Assembly: GCA_040756575.1 (NCBI GenBank)
Contig: JBFLYP010000008.1
Span: forward strand, 79,523 to 103,522
Origin: Bacillota bacterium
GTDB lineage: Bacteria > Bacillota > Desulfotomaculia > Desulfotomaculales > Ammonificaceae
Reading direction: 5' to 3'
DNA: 24,000 nucleotides
The translations under genes and the position numbers were made by a program. This document shows positions 11,992-20,794 of the stretch, one piece after another (position 1 is the stretch's first letter; each line of letters begins with the position of its first letter). The notes beneath the pieces are model-generated. The model searched no databases, was not told the origin of the DNA, and was given only the letters and a program-made list of their open reading frames with translations.

Positions 11992-12065
11992 ACCTTAAAC
12001 CTTAAACCTTAAACCTTGAACCTTGAACGTCGAACGTTGAACCTTGAACGTTGAACGCAGAACTG
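11975..12065 (+). repeat. Heptamer array R16 (13 units; last array of the island)
   Basis: caaaccc (taaacct)x5 tgaacct tgaacgt cgaacgt tgaacct tgaacgt tgaacgc agaactg, then RBS ggagga. Confidence 0.95.
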
Positions 12066-12078
12066 GAGGAAACTTGCG

Positions 12079-13170
12079 ATGGCCGCAGATTATAGCCATC
12101 TAAAAACGCGCATCCAGGGATGGCTCTTCGAAAAAGTGGTTAGGTACCTGTTACGACTCAACGATTACACCATCATTTCTCTTGACTCATTAGCGGGTAA
12201 AGCAGAGAAATATTACCGGGACAGGGGAAAAGGTTTGGAAATACGCGGGCGCGGCGAGTGGCATCAGATAGATGCGGCAGGGCAGTTTCAATTTATACCG
12301 CCGTTTGTATATCAAATTCGCCTTCTTTCTGAAGCAAAATGTTACCGGCAGACCGCAGTGGGTCTTCCTATTGTTCGCGGATTTGTAGGCGCCCTTAAAG
12401 ACATCAGCGAAAACTACTTTACGGATGTTGATGACCCCGGGAATAATGATTATAACCTCCGGTTTACCGATTGTGGTGCTATTTTTTCCACCTCGGGATT
12501 TTCAGATGAAGCGGAAAATTACGCTTTTGCTCACGGTATCAAGTTAATCAGTTATAAAAATTTACCGATTATGCGGGATATCACTGAATGCATCTTCAAT
12601 TTCGTCGACTCGTTAGAATCTTTCCTCCCCCACATAGCCAAGAGAGAACCTGAACTCCGGCGAGAGATTTGTAACATATTACAGGGTTCTGGCTTTAATG
12701 ATATGCGAGACCACAGTTCGCTGCCACCACAATTAAATCAGCACATTCTCAAATTGCGCGACATACTCTTTGAAATCAAATTTTCCGCCGTCGGTTTAGC
12801 GGCAGGAGGGTTCCCGGTGCACTTGGTCGGCACGCAGGAGTTCCCACGCAAGGCGGTTGCAGAACGTGACCAAGTCGAATGCCACATTTACCACGAACAA
12901 GGCAACCCGTTCCATGTCAGGCTGGTAGACCGGGTCTGGAGCGCTTATTTTTCAGTACCCGAGGTGATGATGAGCAAATTTTTAGCTAATAGAGAAATGA
13001 TGGTTGAATTCAAAGGTCGAAGCTTATCCTTTATTGACATACCCATCAAGATTAATGGTATGCGCCGCATTATCAGGCTTGAGCTGGATCCGAAGTGGCT
13101 GGAACAGGTCAGGAAAACCGCCAAGGACCGGCAATCGAGAAAACAGCGAGGGGCGTCAGATAAGGGGTAG
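12079..13170 (+). CDS. Mrr-like restriction-endonuclease-fold (PD-(D/E)xK) N-terminal domain protein with uncharacterised C-terminal half
   Basis: WLFEKVVRYLLRLNDYTI (FE..v..LL...GY), HQIDAAG (D), LLSEAKCY ((E/Q)xK), VRGFVGAL, CGAIFSTSGFSDEAENYAFAHGIKLISY (g.fiTts.Ft..A..yA....I.Li). I recognise no motifs in residues about 175-363. Visibly more AT-rich than its neighbours. Confidence 0.5.
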   Translation: MAADYSHLKTRIQGWLFEKVVRYLLRLNDYTIISLDSLAGKAEKYYRDRGKGLEIRGRGEWHQIDAAGQFQFIPPFVYQIRLLSEAKCYRQTAVGLPIVRGFVGALKDISENYFTDVDDPGNNDYNLRFTDCGAIFSTSGFSDEAENYAFAHGIKLISYKNLPIMRDITECIFNFVDSLESFLPHIAKREPELRREICNILQGSGFNDMRDHSSLPPQLNQHILKLRDILFEIKFSAVGLAAGGFPVHLVGTQEFPRKAVAERDQVECHIYHEQGNPFHVRLVDRVWSAYFSVPEVMMSKFLANREMMVEFKGRSLSFIDIPIKINGMRRIIRLELDPKWLEQVRKTAKDRQSRKQRGASDKG

Positions 13171-13245
13171 TGTTCCTTGATGCTCAGAATGCGAGAAATT
13201 TTGCGAATAAGCGCTTTGGTTGTCTATTACGGGTTTGCCTAATTT

Positions 13246-13779
13246 TTGCCTACGCAGCCTTATCCGGGATGGCGCTTCGCTTACGCCGTGCGCCGCTTCC
13301 TGGTACGCTTCATTTTTAAATCGTGTGGACGTGATGTTATCATTAAAAACCGCGCTTATTTCGGGACGGGCAAAAATCTGGTATTAGGTGATCGTTCACA
13401 ACTCGGCGAACGATGCAAGGTTGAAGATGATTTAGTGGTTGGCGATGATGTTATTATGGGTCCCGATGTTTTTATCATGTCTTCGGCTCACGCATTCGAA
13501 CGCCTGGATATTCCCATTAACCAACAGGGGGCTCAGCCCCGGCGACCGGTGGTTATTGGGAATGACGTTTGGATCGGGGCGCGGGTGATAATCCTGCCGG
13601 GAGTGCACGTCGGCGACCAAGCCGTGATAGGTGCAGGTGCTGTGGTAACAAAAGATGTCCCCCCGCGGGCAGTCGCCTGCGGTGTACCGGCGCGGGTGGT
13701 CCGGTTCAGGGGGGAGAGGGTACGTACGCGAGCAGGTCGGCCGGCAAGTAACGATCAGCGCCTGGGCGAGGGACTATGA
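13246..13779 (+). CDS. Hexapeptide-repeat (LbH) O-acetyltransferase; upstream in-frame TAA separates it from its likely original N-terminus (ATG 13180)
   Basis: [88 protein letters not shown]. 13180-13239 encodes MLRMREILRISALVVYYGFA in the same frame, followed by TAA 13240-13242. Confidence 0.8.
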   Translation: MPTQPYPGWRFAYAVRRFLVRFIFKSCGRDVIIKNRAYFGTGKNLVLGDRSQLGERCKVEDDLVVGDDVIMGPDVFIMSSAHAFERLDIPINQQGAQPRRPVVIGNDVWIGARVIILPGVHVGDQAVIGAGAVVTKDVPPRAVACGVPARVVRFRGERVRTRAGRPASNDQRLGEGL

Positions 13780-15104
13780 CACGCGGCAAAACACTTATGG
13801 AATGTATGCAACTTTTGGAATCGGCCGGCGTGGCGGTCTGTATCCTTCACGGGTACGCAACTTATCCGGACTGTATCCCATCGGATGTGGACTTTGTAGT
13901 CTCTCCGAGGGGTTTACAAAAGCTTCCGGCGGTCTTGAAGCATGGCGAAAACGCTACAGGCGCCCGGCTTGTGCAGGTAATCCAGCACGAAGACACGTGT
14001 TATTCTTACATTCTCGCGCACCCGGGAGCTAACGGAGATGTGGCCTTTCTCCAACTCGATGCGGCTACAGACTATCGGCGGAACGGACGCATCTTCTTCA
14101 GGGCAGAAGAGTTTTTGAGCTCCCGAAAACGGTTCAAAGACTTCTGGGTGCCGCCGCCGCACCTGGAGTTTACCTATTACCTTGTAAAGAAAATTGCCAA
14201 GGGTTATATGGACGAGCGGCATTGTTCGTATCTCTCGGAGTTGTATCTTCAGGACCCGCAGCGGTGCAAAGAACAGATACTCCGGTTCTGGTCCTCGGCG
14301 GCCGCCCAAAAGCTCATCCGGGCGGCAGCTTCAAACAATTGGGACGAGGTAGGTGCCGCCCTATCTCAGTTACGCCAGGATCTTTTACAGACGACTGTGC
14401 GGAAGGACCCCTTAGGTGTTGCCCTTTACTGGTGGGGAGAGTTGCAACGTGCCGTAAAACGGTGGTATCAGCCTACTGGATTACACGTGGTTTTTCTGGG
14501 ACCGGATGGCTCCGGAAAGTCAAGCGTCATTGCCCAAGTAGAAAAAAATCTTAGGCTTGCGTTCCGCAGAACCGCCCGGAGGCACCTGCGGCCGTACTTA
14601 TTTAAACCACAGAAAGGAGCATGGGCACCGGCAACGAACCCCCACGCCAAGCCGCCCTACGGAAGGTTCAAATCCGTGCTAAAGCTGGCCTACCTGTGGT
14701 TTGATTATACGGTAGGATACGTTTTTCGGATTCAGCCTCAACTTGTTCGTTCCACGCTCGTCTTGTTTGACCGTTACTTGGACGACCTGCTCGTTGATCC
14801 GAGGCGTTACCGGTACGGCGGTCCGCTATGGCTCGCCCGGCTGGTGGCCCGGTTCATCCCCCGCCCGGACTTGGTGATCCTTTTGGACGCGCCGCCGGGG
14901 GTACTTCAAAGACGCAAGCAGGAGGTTTCGTTTGAAGAAACGGCCCGGCAGCGGGAGGCCTACCTGGAGCTGGTGCAGAATCTGCCGAACGGTTATGTAG
15001 TAGATGCTTCGAAGCCCCTGGATGAGGTAATTGCGGAGGTGCAACGGATTATTCTGAATTATATGGCCGAGCGCACCGCCCGGAGGTTGAGATTGAAGGG
15101 ATGA
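13776..15104 (+). CDS. Two-domain protein: N-terminal nucleotidyltransferase-like region plus C-terminal P-loop (dTMP-kinase-like) kinase domain
   Basis: Walker [19 protein letters not shown] and [18 protein letters not shown] resemble dNMP-kinase-fold proteins. N-terminal [16 protein letters not shown] resembles an NTase DxD. ATGA overlap with the acetyltransferase stop. Confidence 0.6.
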   Translation: MTRGKTLMECMQLLESAGVAVCILHGYATYPDCIPSDVDFVVSPRGLQKLPAVLKHGENATGARLVQVIQHEDTCYSYILAHPGANGDVAFLQLDAATDYRRNGRIFFRAEEFLSSRKRFKDFWVPPPHLEFTYYLVKKIAKGYMDERHCSYLSELYLQDPQRCKEQILRFWSSAAAQKLIRAAASNNWDEVGAALSQLRQDLLQTTVRKDPLGVALYWWGELQRAVKRWYQPTGLHVVFLGPDGSGKSSVIAQVEKNLRLAFRRTARRHLRPYLFKPQKGAWAPATNPHAKPPYGRFKSVLKLAYLWFDYTVGYVFRIQPQLVRSTLVLFDRYLDDLLVDPRRYRYGGPLWLARLVARFIPRPDLVILLDAPPGVLQRRKQEVSFEETARQREAYLELVQNLPNGYVVDASKPLDEVIAEVQRIILNYMAERTARRLRLKG

Positions 15105-16135
15105 ACCAGGAGATGACCGTTTTCTTCCCGCCGCGCACAACCGTTCTCGCCCTTCCCGCATGGGAGAGGCCGCGTCTTCTTTTCCCCGACGGTGGAGTAC
15201 GCCGGCGGTGGCAGGAAAGTTCACTTTATCCCGCGTCACGCTGGCAGGGTCGCGCCTACAGGTTCTTCCTCCGGTGCAAAGGCATTTTAGGATTAGTAGA
15301 GAAGCAGGTGTCTCATAGGAGCAACTGGGAAGTAGGTGAATTTGTCTGGGATATATTGCCTGAGGCAACCTGTGCAATAGTCTTCGTGGGTCCGCCAGGC
15401 CCAGCACAGAAGATTACCATCCAACTTCGAGACGCTACGGATCGCGTGTTGGGCTATGTTAAGTATGCAGAAAAACCTGCAGCCGTAAGAAGACTATCAC
15501 GGGAATACCAGATGTTAAAAGCCCTTCCCGACAACAACCTCGGGCCGGTGCCCCTAAAGTACGGCAGGTTGCTCAACGGGGAAGCCCTCGTGCTTTCGCC
15601 CCTTCTCGGACAACCATTACCTGCAAAGCTGCCGCCGCCGGAGGAACTGGTAGCTCTTCTGGCAACGATGTCCACTGGTTTAGAGTATGCGGTAGAAGAA
15701 CACCCGTGGATAAATTCGATTTTGGAAGATAAACACCAGCACCTCGTATCCTGGATTGAAAACCTGGGGCAAAGAAAGTGGCCGGTGGTTTTGCAGCACG
15801 GCGATTTGGCCCCGTGGAACGTGAAAAAATCGCCGGACGGTAACGCTCGTCTGTTTGACTGGGAGTACGCCTATTTAGAAGGATTCCCGCATCTGGACCT
15901 CATATACTACATTCTCCGGGTGGCTGCCCTCATTTACAGATGGACGCCACTAAGAGCATTTAGATATACCAAAACGTACTTATCGAAAAAGTTCCCGTCG
16001 TTATCTAACCGTGAGGTTGATGCGCTCGTTCGTCTAACGGCGTACGTAACGTATCTTCAGTCGCTCGAAGATGGGCTTCCGCCAGATACTCCTTTATTGA
16101 GGTGGTACCGCCAGCTATGGGAGGCAAAGGGGTGA
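15101..16135 (+). CDS. Aminoglycoside/choline-kinase-fold phosphotransferase (APH family)
   Basis: Catalytic loop HGDLAPWNV and metal-binding LFDWEYA. ATGA overlap with the preceding gene. Confidence 0.65.
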   Translation: MNQEMTVFFPPRTTVLALPAWERPRLLFPDGGVRRRWQESSLYPASRWQGRAYRFFLRCKGILGLVEKQVSHRSNWEVGEFVWDILPEATCAIVFVGPPGPAQKITIQLRDATDRVLGYVKYAEKPAAVRRLSREYQMLKALPDNNLGPVPLKYGRLLNGEALVLSPLLGQPLPAKLPPPEELVALLATMSTGLEYAVEEHPWINSILEDKHQHLVSWIENLGQRKWPVVLQHGDLAPWNVKKSPDGNARLFDWEYAYLEGFPHLDLIYYILRVAALIYRWTPLRAFRYTKTYLSKKFPSLSNREVDALVRLTAYVTYLQSLEDGLPPDTPLLRWYRQLWEAKG

Positions 16136-17391
16136 GTCAGCGTCTGAAAGTCTTCCTCTCCGCCTACGCGTGCGAACCGGGGAAGGGATCGGAGCCTGGT
16201 GTCGGCTGGGGGATGGCACGAGAGATGGCCCGGTTTCACGATGTTTGGGTGACTACGCGCGCAAATAACCGGCCTGCAATCGAGGCGGAACTCGCACGGA
16301 ACCCGATTCCAAACCTGCACTTCGTTTACTACGACCTGCCGCGCTGGGCGCGTTTCTGGAAAAAGGGGCAGCGGGGCGTGCAGCTTTACTATTACCTCTG
16401 GCAGGTCGGCGCTTATTTCATGGCACGGCGACTGAACCGGGAAATCGGTTTCGATCTTGCGCACCACGTAACGTTTGTAAAGTACTGGTCGCCGAGCTTG
16501 CTGGCGCTTCTGCCGGTTCCCTTTATTTGGGGGCCAGTCGGCGGCGGCGAATCGGCGCCCCGGGCGTTCTGGCGCGACTTTAGCCTGCGGGGACAGGTAT
16601 ACGAAGCACTGCGCGGTCTGGCACGGTGGTTGGGGGAGCTCGACCCCTTTGTGCGGCTGACCGCCCGGCGGAGCGTCGTAGCGTTGGCAACAACGAACGA
16701 AACAGCGGCGCGGCTCCGCAAACTGGGTGCGAGGGATGTGCAGGTTTTCTCGCAGGTGGGCTTATCAAAGGAAGAAGTAGAGGAACTCGGGAAGATAGAG
16801 GGGCGTTCGGGTAATCCGGTTCGGTTTATCAGTATCGGCCGGCTTCTCCATTTGAAAGGTTTCCACCTGGGGCTGCGCGCGTTTGCTGAGGCAAGGCTTG
16901 CGGGGGCAGAGTACTGGGTAATCGGTGACGGTCCGGAGCGCGGTCGTTTGGAAACCCTCGCGAAAAAGCTGGATATAGCCGACAGGGTAAGGTTCTGGGG
17001 CTGGCTACCCCGGGAAGAAACTTTAAGGAAACTTGCCGCTTGCGACATACTGGTTCACCCGAGTTTGCATGACTCCGGCGGCTGGGTCTGCGTCGAGGCG
17101 ATGGCTGCGGGCCGTCCGGTGATCTGTCTGGATCTGGGTGGGCCGGCCACCCAGGTTACGGAGGAAACAGGTTTCAAGGTGCCGGCCTTGTCACCCGAAC
17201 AGGCGGTGCAGGACCTGGCGGAGGCGATGGGTAAACTCGCCCGGGATATTGACTTGCGCATCCAGATGGGCGAAGCCGGGCGCCGGAGGGTGCAGGAATA
17301 CTTTGCTTGGACCAAGAAACTTACATGCGTTAACCAAATTTACACGAAGGCGATTAATGATGCAAACCCGAGAGACCACGGCCAATCTTAG
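16132..17391 (+). CDS. Glycosyltransferase family 4 (GT-B)
   Basis: GTG at 16132 (GTGA overlap). KVFLSAYACEPGKGSEPGVGW; ...FISIGRLLHLKG...VIGDGPER...VHPSLHDSGGWVCVEAMAAGRPVI. Confidence 0.85.
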   Translation: MSQRLKVFLSAYACEPGKGSEPGVGWGMAREMARFHDVWVTTRANNRPAIEAELARNPIPNLHFVYYDLPRWARFWKKGQRGVQLYYYLWQVGAYFMARRLNREIGFDLAHHVTFVKYWSPSLLALLPVPFIWGPVGGGESAPRAFWRDFSLRGQVYEALRGLARWLGELDPFVRLTARRSVVALATTNETAARLRKLGARDVQVFSQVGLSKEEVEELGKIEGRSGNPVRFISIGRLLHLKGFHLGLRAFAEARLAGAEYWVIGDGPERGRLETLAKKLDIADRVRFWGWLPREETLRKLAACDILVHPSLHDSGGWVCVEAMAAGRPVICLDLGGPATQVTEETGFKVPALSPEQAVQDLAEAMGKLARDIDLRIQMGEAGRRRVQEYFAWTKKLTCVNQIYTKAINDANPRDHGQS

Positions 17392-18829
17392 GATAACCGC
17401 TCTTTTAATCGTTGCCTCTGTCTGCGTTGGGACAGCCGCTGCGCTGGCGCTGCAGTCGCCGCTTGGTCTAAAAGCGGCGCTGCCCGTGCTTGTTCTCCCA
17501 CCCTTGCTTTTAGCGGTTCTTATAGCCGGATCAAGGCCGAGGCGCTACATCTTGAGTTTGCGGTGGTGGCACGCGCTGTGGGCGCTTCTCCTTATCAGCG
17601 GGCTGACGCTCCGGGTGCGGGGTGTTGAGCAGATTCAGGAAAATCCTGCCGACCCTGCGGCGCTTTTCAGAATCGGGCTCGTCTGCACGGTGGCCGCCGC
17701 TGTGCTCCTAAAGGGTACAATCGGCCGAGGAGGCTTGCACCGCAACTTATCTCGTGGCCTGGTAGCACCGCTGACCTGCTACGCTTTGTTTGGGGTATTC
17801 TCGACCATATGGTCCGTATACCCGGCATGGACACTTTACCGGTCTGTGGAATACCTGGTGGACATAGCCCTTATCGCCACCATCATCGGCTCACTCCGCT
17901 CGGCGGAAGACTATAAGCGGTTCTTCGACTGGACCTGGATACTGTTTGCCTGCCTGTTGGGATCGGTCTGGCTGGGGGTATTGCTGCGGCCCGATGAAGC
18001 GATCAGGCACGGCGTTGGCGTTACAGGGATACAAATTCACGGTGTCTTTCCGGTAATCTCGGAGAACGGCACCGGTGACTTGGGTGCCATACTCGCGGCC
18101 GTGGCGATAGGGCGGCTCCTCTTCACGAAGGAGAACCGGAAACTTTTCCTTGCCCTCCTTCTGGTCTCTTTAGCCACACTGGTTTTGGCATACAGCCGAA
18201 CGCCGCTAACGGCTTTTTTCCTGGCGGTCATGGTTATGCTCTATGCCGGGCGCCGCCTCACCCTTCTAACTGCGCTTCTGGCAGGGATGGGTATTGCGGG
18301 AGTGAGTCCGCTGGGGCAGTTTCTCTGGGAATTTTTCCGGAGAGGGCAAAGTATGGAATTGTTTTTTTCTTTGTCTGGACGCGTGTATTGGTGGGAGTAT
18401 TTATGGGATGTTTTTAGGGAAAACCCAATATTCGGCTTGGGCGCGTACGCGGGAGGGCGTTTTGTTGTGTTGGATGCGTTAGGTGCCGGGTTGTCTTCGT
18501 CTGTCCACAACACATTTTTGGAAGTCGTGATAGGCAGTGGTCTTGTAGGATTGGTTATTCTACTCGCCGGTTTGGGAGGTACCTGGTGGCATCTCCTGAG
18601 GGCAAACAATCTGACCGGGCGTGGCACGTTGGAACATTATTTAACCATCGAAGCTCTTGGGTTGTTAACCATAGAAACGTTCCGCGCCTTCTTTACATCC
18701 GGACCAGTCATCTGGCACCCGGCAATCCGGTTTCTTCTCGTGATAGGCTATGCGGAGTTTTTACGCCAAAACTTGAAGAACAAGACACTTTTTGGCCAGA
18801 CGCACTCTCTGAAAGCTGGGGTCGAATGA
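17357..18829 (+). CDS. O-antigen polymerase/ligase family membrane protein (Wzy-like)
   Basis: ATG at 17357 (MMQTRE...). The tracked extension to 17138 overlaps the GT4 gene in another frame. Multiple TM helices, ..LAYSRTPLTAFFL.. and ..NPIFGLGAYAGG...VHNTFLEV.. motifs. Confidence 0.75.
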   Translation: MMQTRETTANLRITALLIVASVCVGTAAALALQSPLGLKAALPVLVLPPLLLAVLIAGSRPRRYILSLRWWHALWALLLISGLTLRVRGVEQIQENPADPAALFRIGLVCTVAAAVLLKGTIGRGGLHRNLSRGLVAPLTCYALFGVFSTIWSVYPAWTLYRSVEYLVDIALIATIIGSLRSAEDYKRFFDWTWILFACLLGSVWLGVLLRPDEAIRHGVGVTGIQIHGVFPVISENGTGDLGAILAAVAIGRLLFTKENRKLFLALLLVSLATLVLAYSRTPLTAFFLAVMVMLYAGRRLTLLTALLAGMGIAGVSPLGQFLWEFFRRGQSMELFFSLSGRVYWWEYLWDVFRENPIFGLGAYAGGRFVVLDALGAGLSSSVHNTFLEVVIGSGLVGLVILLAGLGGTWWHLLRANNLTGRGTLEHYLTIEALGLLTIETFRAFFTSGPVIWHPAIRFLLVIGYAEFLRQNLKNKTLFGQTHSLKAGVE

Positions 18830-19150
18830 ATGCAAGCTGAGCCTAACGAACTATCTCAAGCGACGTCAAACCGGCCGAAAATTCTTTTCCTGCACCAGGG
18901 CGGAGAGTTGTACGGCTCGGACATCATCTTTTATCAGGTGGTGCAGGCCGCCGCCCGCTACGTTGAGCCCATTGTCATCCTGTCGGAGCCGGGGCCATTA
19001 GTTGACCGCTTACGGGGCCTTACAGGAAACTTATATATCCGGCAACTCGGTGTCTTGCGGCGACAGCACTTTAACCTGCGGGGAGCAGTATGGTGCGCTT
19101 TCCATATCATACGTGCTGCCTTTGAAATCGCAACAATTGTGTTGAAGGTG
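18830..19150 (+). pseudogene. N-terminal fragment (about 105 codons) of a GT4 glycosyltransferase
   Basis: PKILFLHQGGELYGSDIIF...PIVILSEPGPLVDRL is the GT4 N-domain pattern. Similarity ends near 19150, and the tracked ORF then runs on through unrelated sequence to 19240. Confidence 0.6.
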
Positions 19151-19161
19151 CAAGCAGCGGA

Positions 19162-19611
19162 GTGTGGCAGAGGCTGTCATGGTGGTCCGACATTTTCCAA
19201 CGCCAATTTACAGATTTGGCAACCGCGGTTTTCGGGTTAGGCTACGGCTTTCCACTGATTGATTTCACCATCGCCGGAGGAATCACAGTCCGAGAGCCTC
19301 ATAATTCATACATCTCTGTACTCGCACGGCTTGGCGTAGTTGGTGCCTTTGTTTTTCTGTGGATGCACCTTCTATTATTACGCGTTTGGCATCACGCTTA
19401 CAAGATGTGTACCCGCATGCGCTGGCGAGACGGCGAAAATAGGCTACTGATTCTAATGGTATTTTTCATTTTAGTATGGATATGTGCCGTAGGTGAGGAT
19501 GCTTTCGAAAAGCCGTTTGTGACTATTCCTTACTACTTCTTCTGGGGCATCGTTCTGCGATTTGCATACCACCTCAAAAAGGGTGCGATTGGAGTTTTGA
19601 ACCGTGAGTAA
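19162..19611 (+). pseudogene. C-terminal fragment of a second Wzy/O-antigen-ligase-family gene
   Basis: RLSWWSDIF......AVFGLGYG...EPHNSYISVLARLGVVGAFVFL parallels the C-terminal third of 17357-18829 (RVYWWEYLW...PIFGLGAYAGG...VHNTFLEVVIGSGLVG). There is no N-terminal two-thirds. This frame opens only at 19126. Confidence 0.55.
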
Positions 19612-20794
19612 CTGCATCCTTATAGTCCATAACTATTATCAATACGCGGGTGGCGAGGATTCCGTAGTCGCTGCCGAACAGGCTTTGCTTGGTTCTAAGA
19701 ATCAAGATGTGCGGCTATTATCTATCTCCAATGATTCCCTAAAAGGCTTCGGGGCCAAGATAAAAAGCGTACACGGAACGGTATATTCTCATTGTGCAGG
19801 GCAGTGGATCAAACGGGAACTCACCAAAAAAAAGCCAGACCTCACCCATTTCCACAACACCTTTCCCCTTATCTCCCCGGCCGCCTATTATGCGGCCAAG
19901 ACGGCGGGAGTGCCGGTGGTGCAGACGCTGCACAACTACCGGTTGCTCTGTCCTAACGCGTTGTTTTACCGGGACAAGGGGGTGTGTGAAGATTGTCTTG
20001 GCAAGACTCCCCCGTGGCCGGGGGTGCTTCGCGGCTGCTACCGGGGCAGCCGGGCGGCTACGGCCGTGGTGGCCGCGATGCTGACAGTTCACCGTTTTTT
20101 GCGGACCTGGACCAGGATGGTGGACGTCTATATCGCCCTTACAGAATTCTCGCGGCGGAAGTTTTTCGAAGGGGGCCTGCCGGCAGACAAGATTGTGGTC
20201 AAGCCGAACTTCGTCCACCCCGACCCCGGTCCGGGTGACCACCACGGAGGCTACGCCCTTTTTGTGGGACGGCTTGCGCCGGAAAAGGGCTTAGAAACAT
20301 TGCTGAAAGCCTGGGAAAAGCTCGGCGGCAGGATTCCACTGAAGATCGCGGGTGACGGGCCGCTGGCGTCTTTGGTGGCGGAGGCTGCGGAACGTCTCCC
20401 AGGAGTGCAGTGGCTCGGACGGCGCTCTAAAGACGAGGTGTTAAGGCTTATGAAAGACGCTACGGTGCTGTTGTTTCCATCAGTCTCCTATGAAGGTTTT
20501 CCCATGACCATCGCCGAGGCATACGCAACCGGGCTGCCGGCTCTTTCCTCGCGCCTGGGGGCGATGGTGGAAATTGTGTGCGACGGCCGCACCGGACTGC
20601 ACTTCCGCCCCGGAGACCCGGAGGACCTCGCAGCCAAGGTGGAGTGGGCCTGGACGCACCCGAGGCAGATGGCCGAGATGGAGCAGGAGGCGCGTCGGGA
20701 GTACGAGGCCAAGTATACCGCGGAAAGGAACTACGAAATGCTGATGGACATCTACCAGTTAGCTGTCAGGCGACACAGAGGTGAAAGGGTGTGA
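19604..20794 (+). CDS. Glycosyltransferase family 4
   Basis: ILIVHNYYQYAGGEDSVV; Cys cluster CPNALFYRDKGVCEDC; ...FVGRLAPEKG...IAGDGPL...LFPSVSYEGFPMTIAEAYATGLPAL. Confidence 0.85.
   Translation: MSNCILIVHNYYQYAGGEDSVVAAEQALLGSKNQDVRLLSISNDSLKGFGAKIKSVHGTVYSHCAGQWIKRELTKKKPDLTHFHNTFPLISPAAYYAAKTAGVPVVQTLHNYRLLCPNALFYRDKGVCEDCLGKTPPWPGVLRGCYRGSRAATAVVAAMLTVHRFLRTWTRMVDVYIALTEFSRRKFFEGGLPADKIVVKPNFVHPDPGPGDHHGGYALFVGRLAPEKGLETLLKAWEKLGGRIPLKIAGDGPLASLVAEAAERLPGVQWLGRRSKDEVLRLMKDATVLLFPSVSYEGFPMTIAEAYATGLPALSSRLGAMVEIVCDGRTGLHFRPGDPEDLAAKVEWAWTHPRQMAEMEQEARREYEAKYTAERNYEMLMDIYQLAVRRHRGERV

Noticed and set aside
1582-12065. Classical integron with attC sites
   Set aside because: There is no intI gene or attI in the window. 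The inter-cassette elements are tandem heptamers of highly variable length rather than single imperfect palindromes with R''-L''/L'-R' boxes. A distant analogy (foldable ssDNA with mismatches) is kept only as a hypothesis.
13655-14032. Alternative-frame ORFs inside the acetyltransferase, kinase and GT genes (13569-13751, 13655-14032, 14222-14554, 19794-20084, 19993-20238, 22004-22498 and others)
   Set aside because: They overlap better-supported frames with clear family motifs, and their low-complexity composition is typical of GC-rich off-frames.
17138-17356. N-terminal 73-residue extension of the Wzy-like ORF
   Set aside because: It overlaps the 3' end of the GT4 gene in another frame and is Arg/Pro-rich. 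The hydrophobic membrane protein begins convincingly at MMQTRE (ATG 17357).
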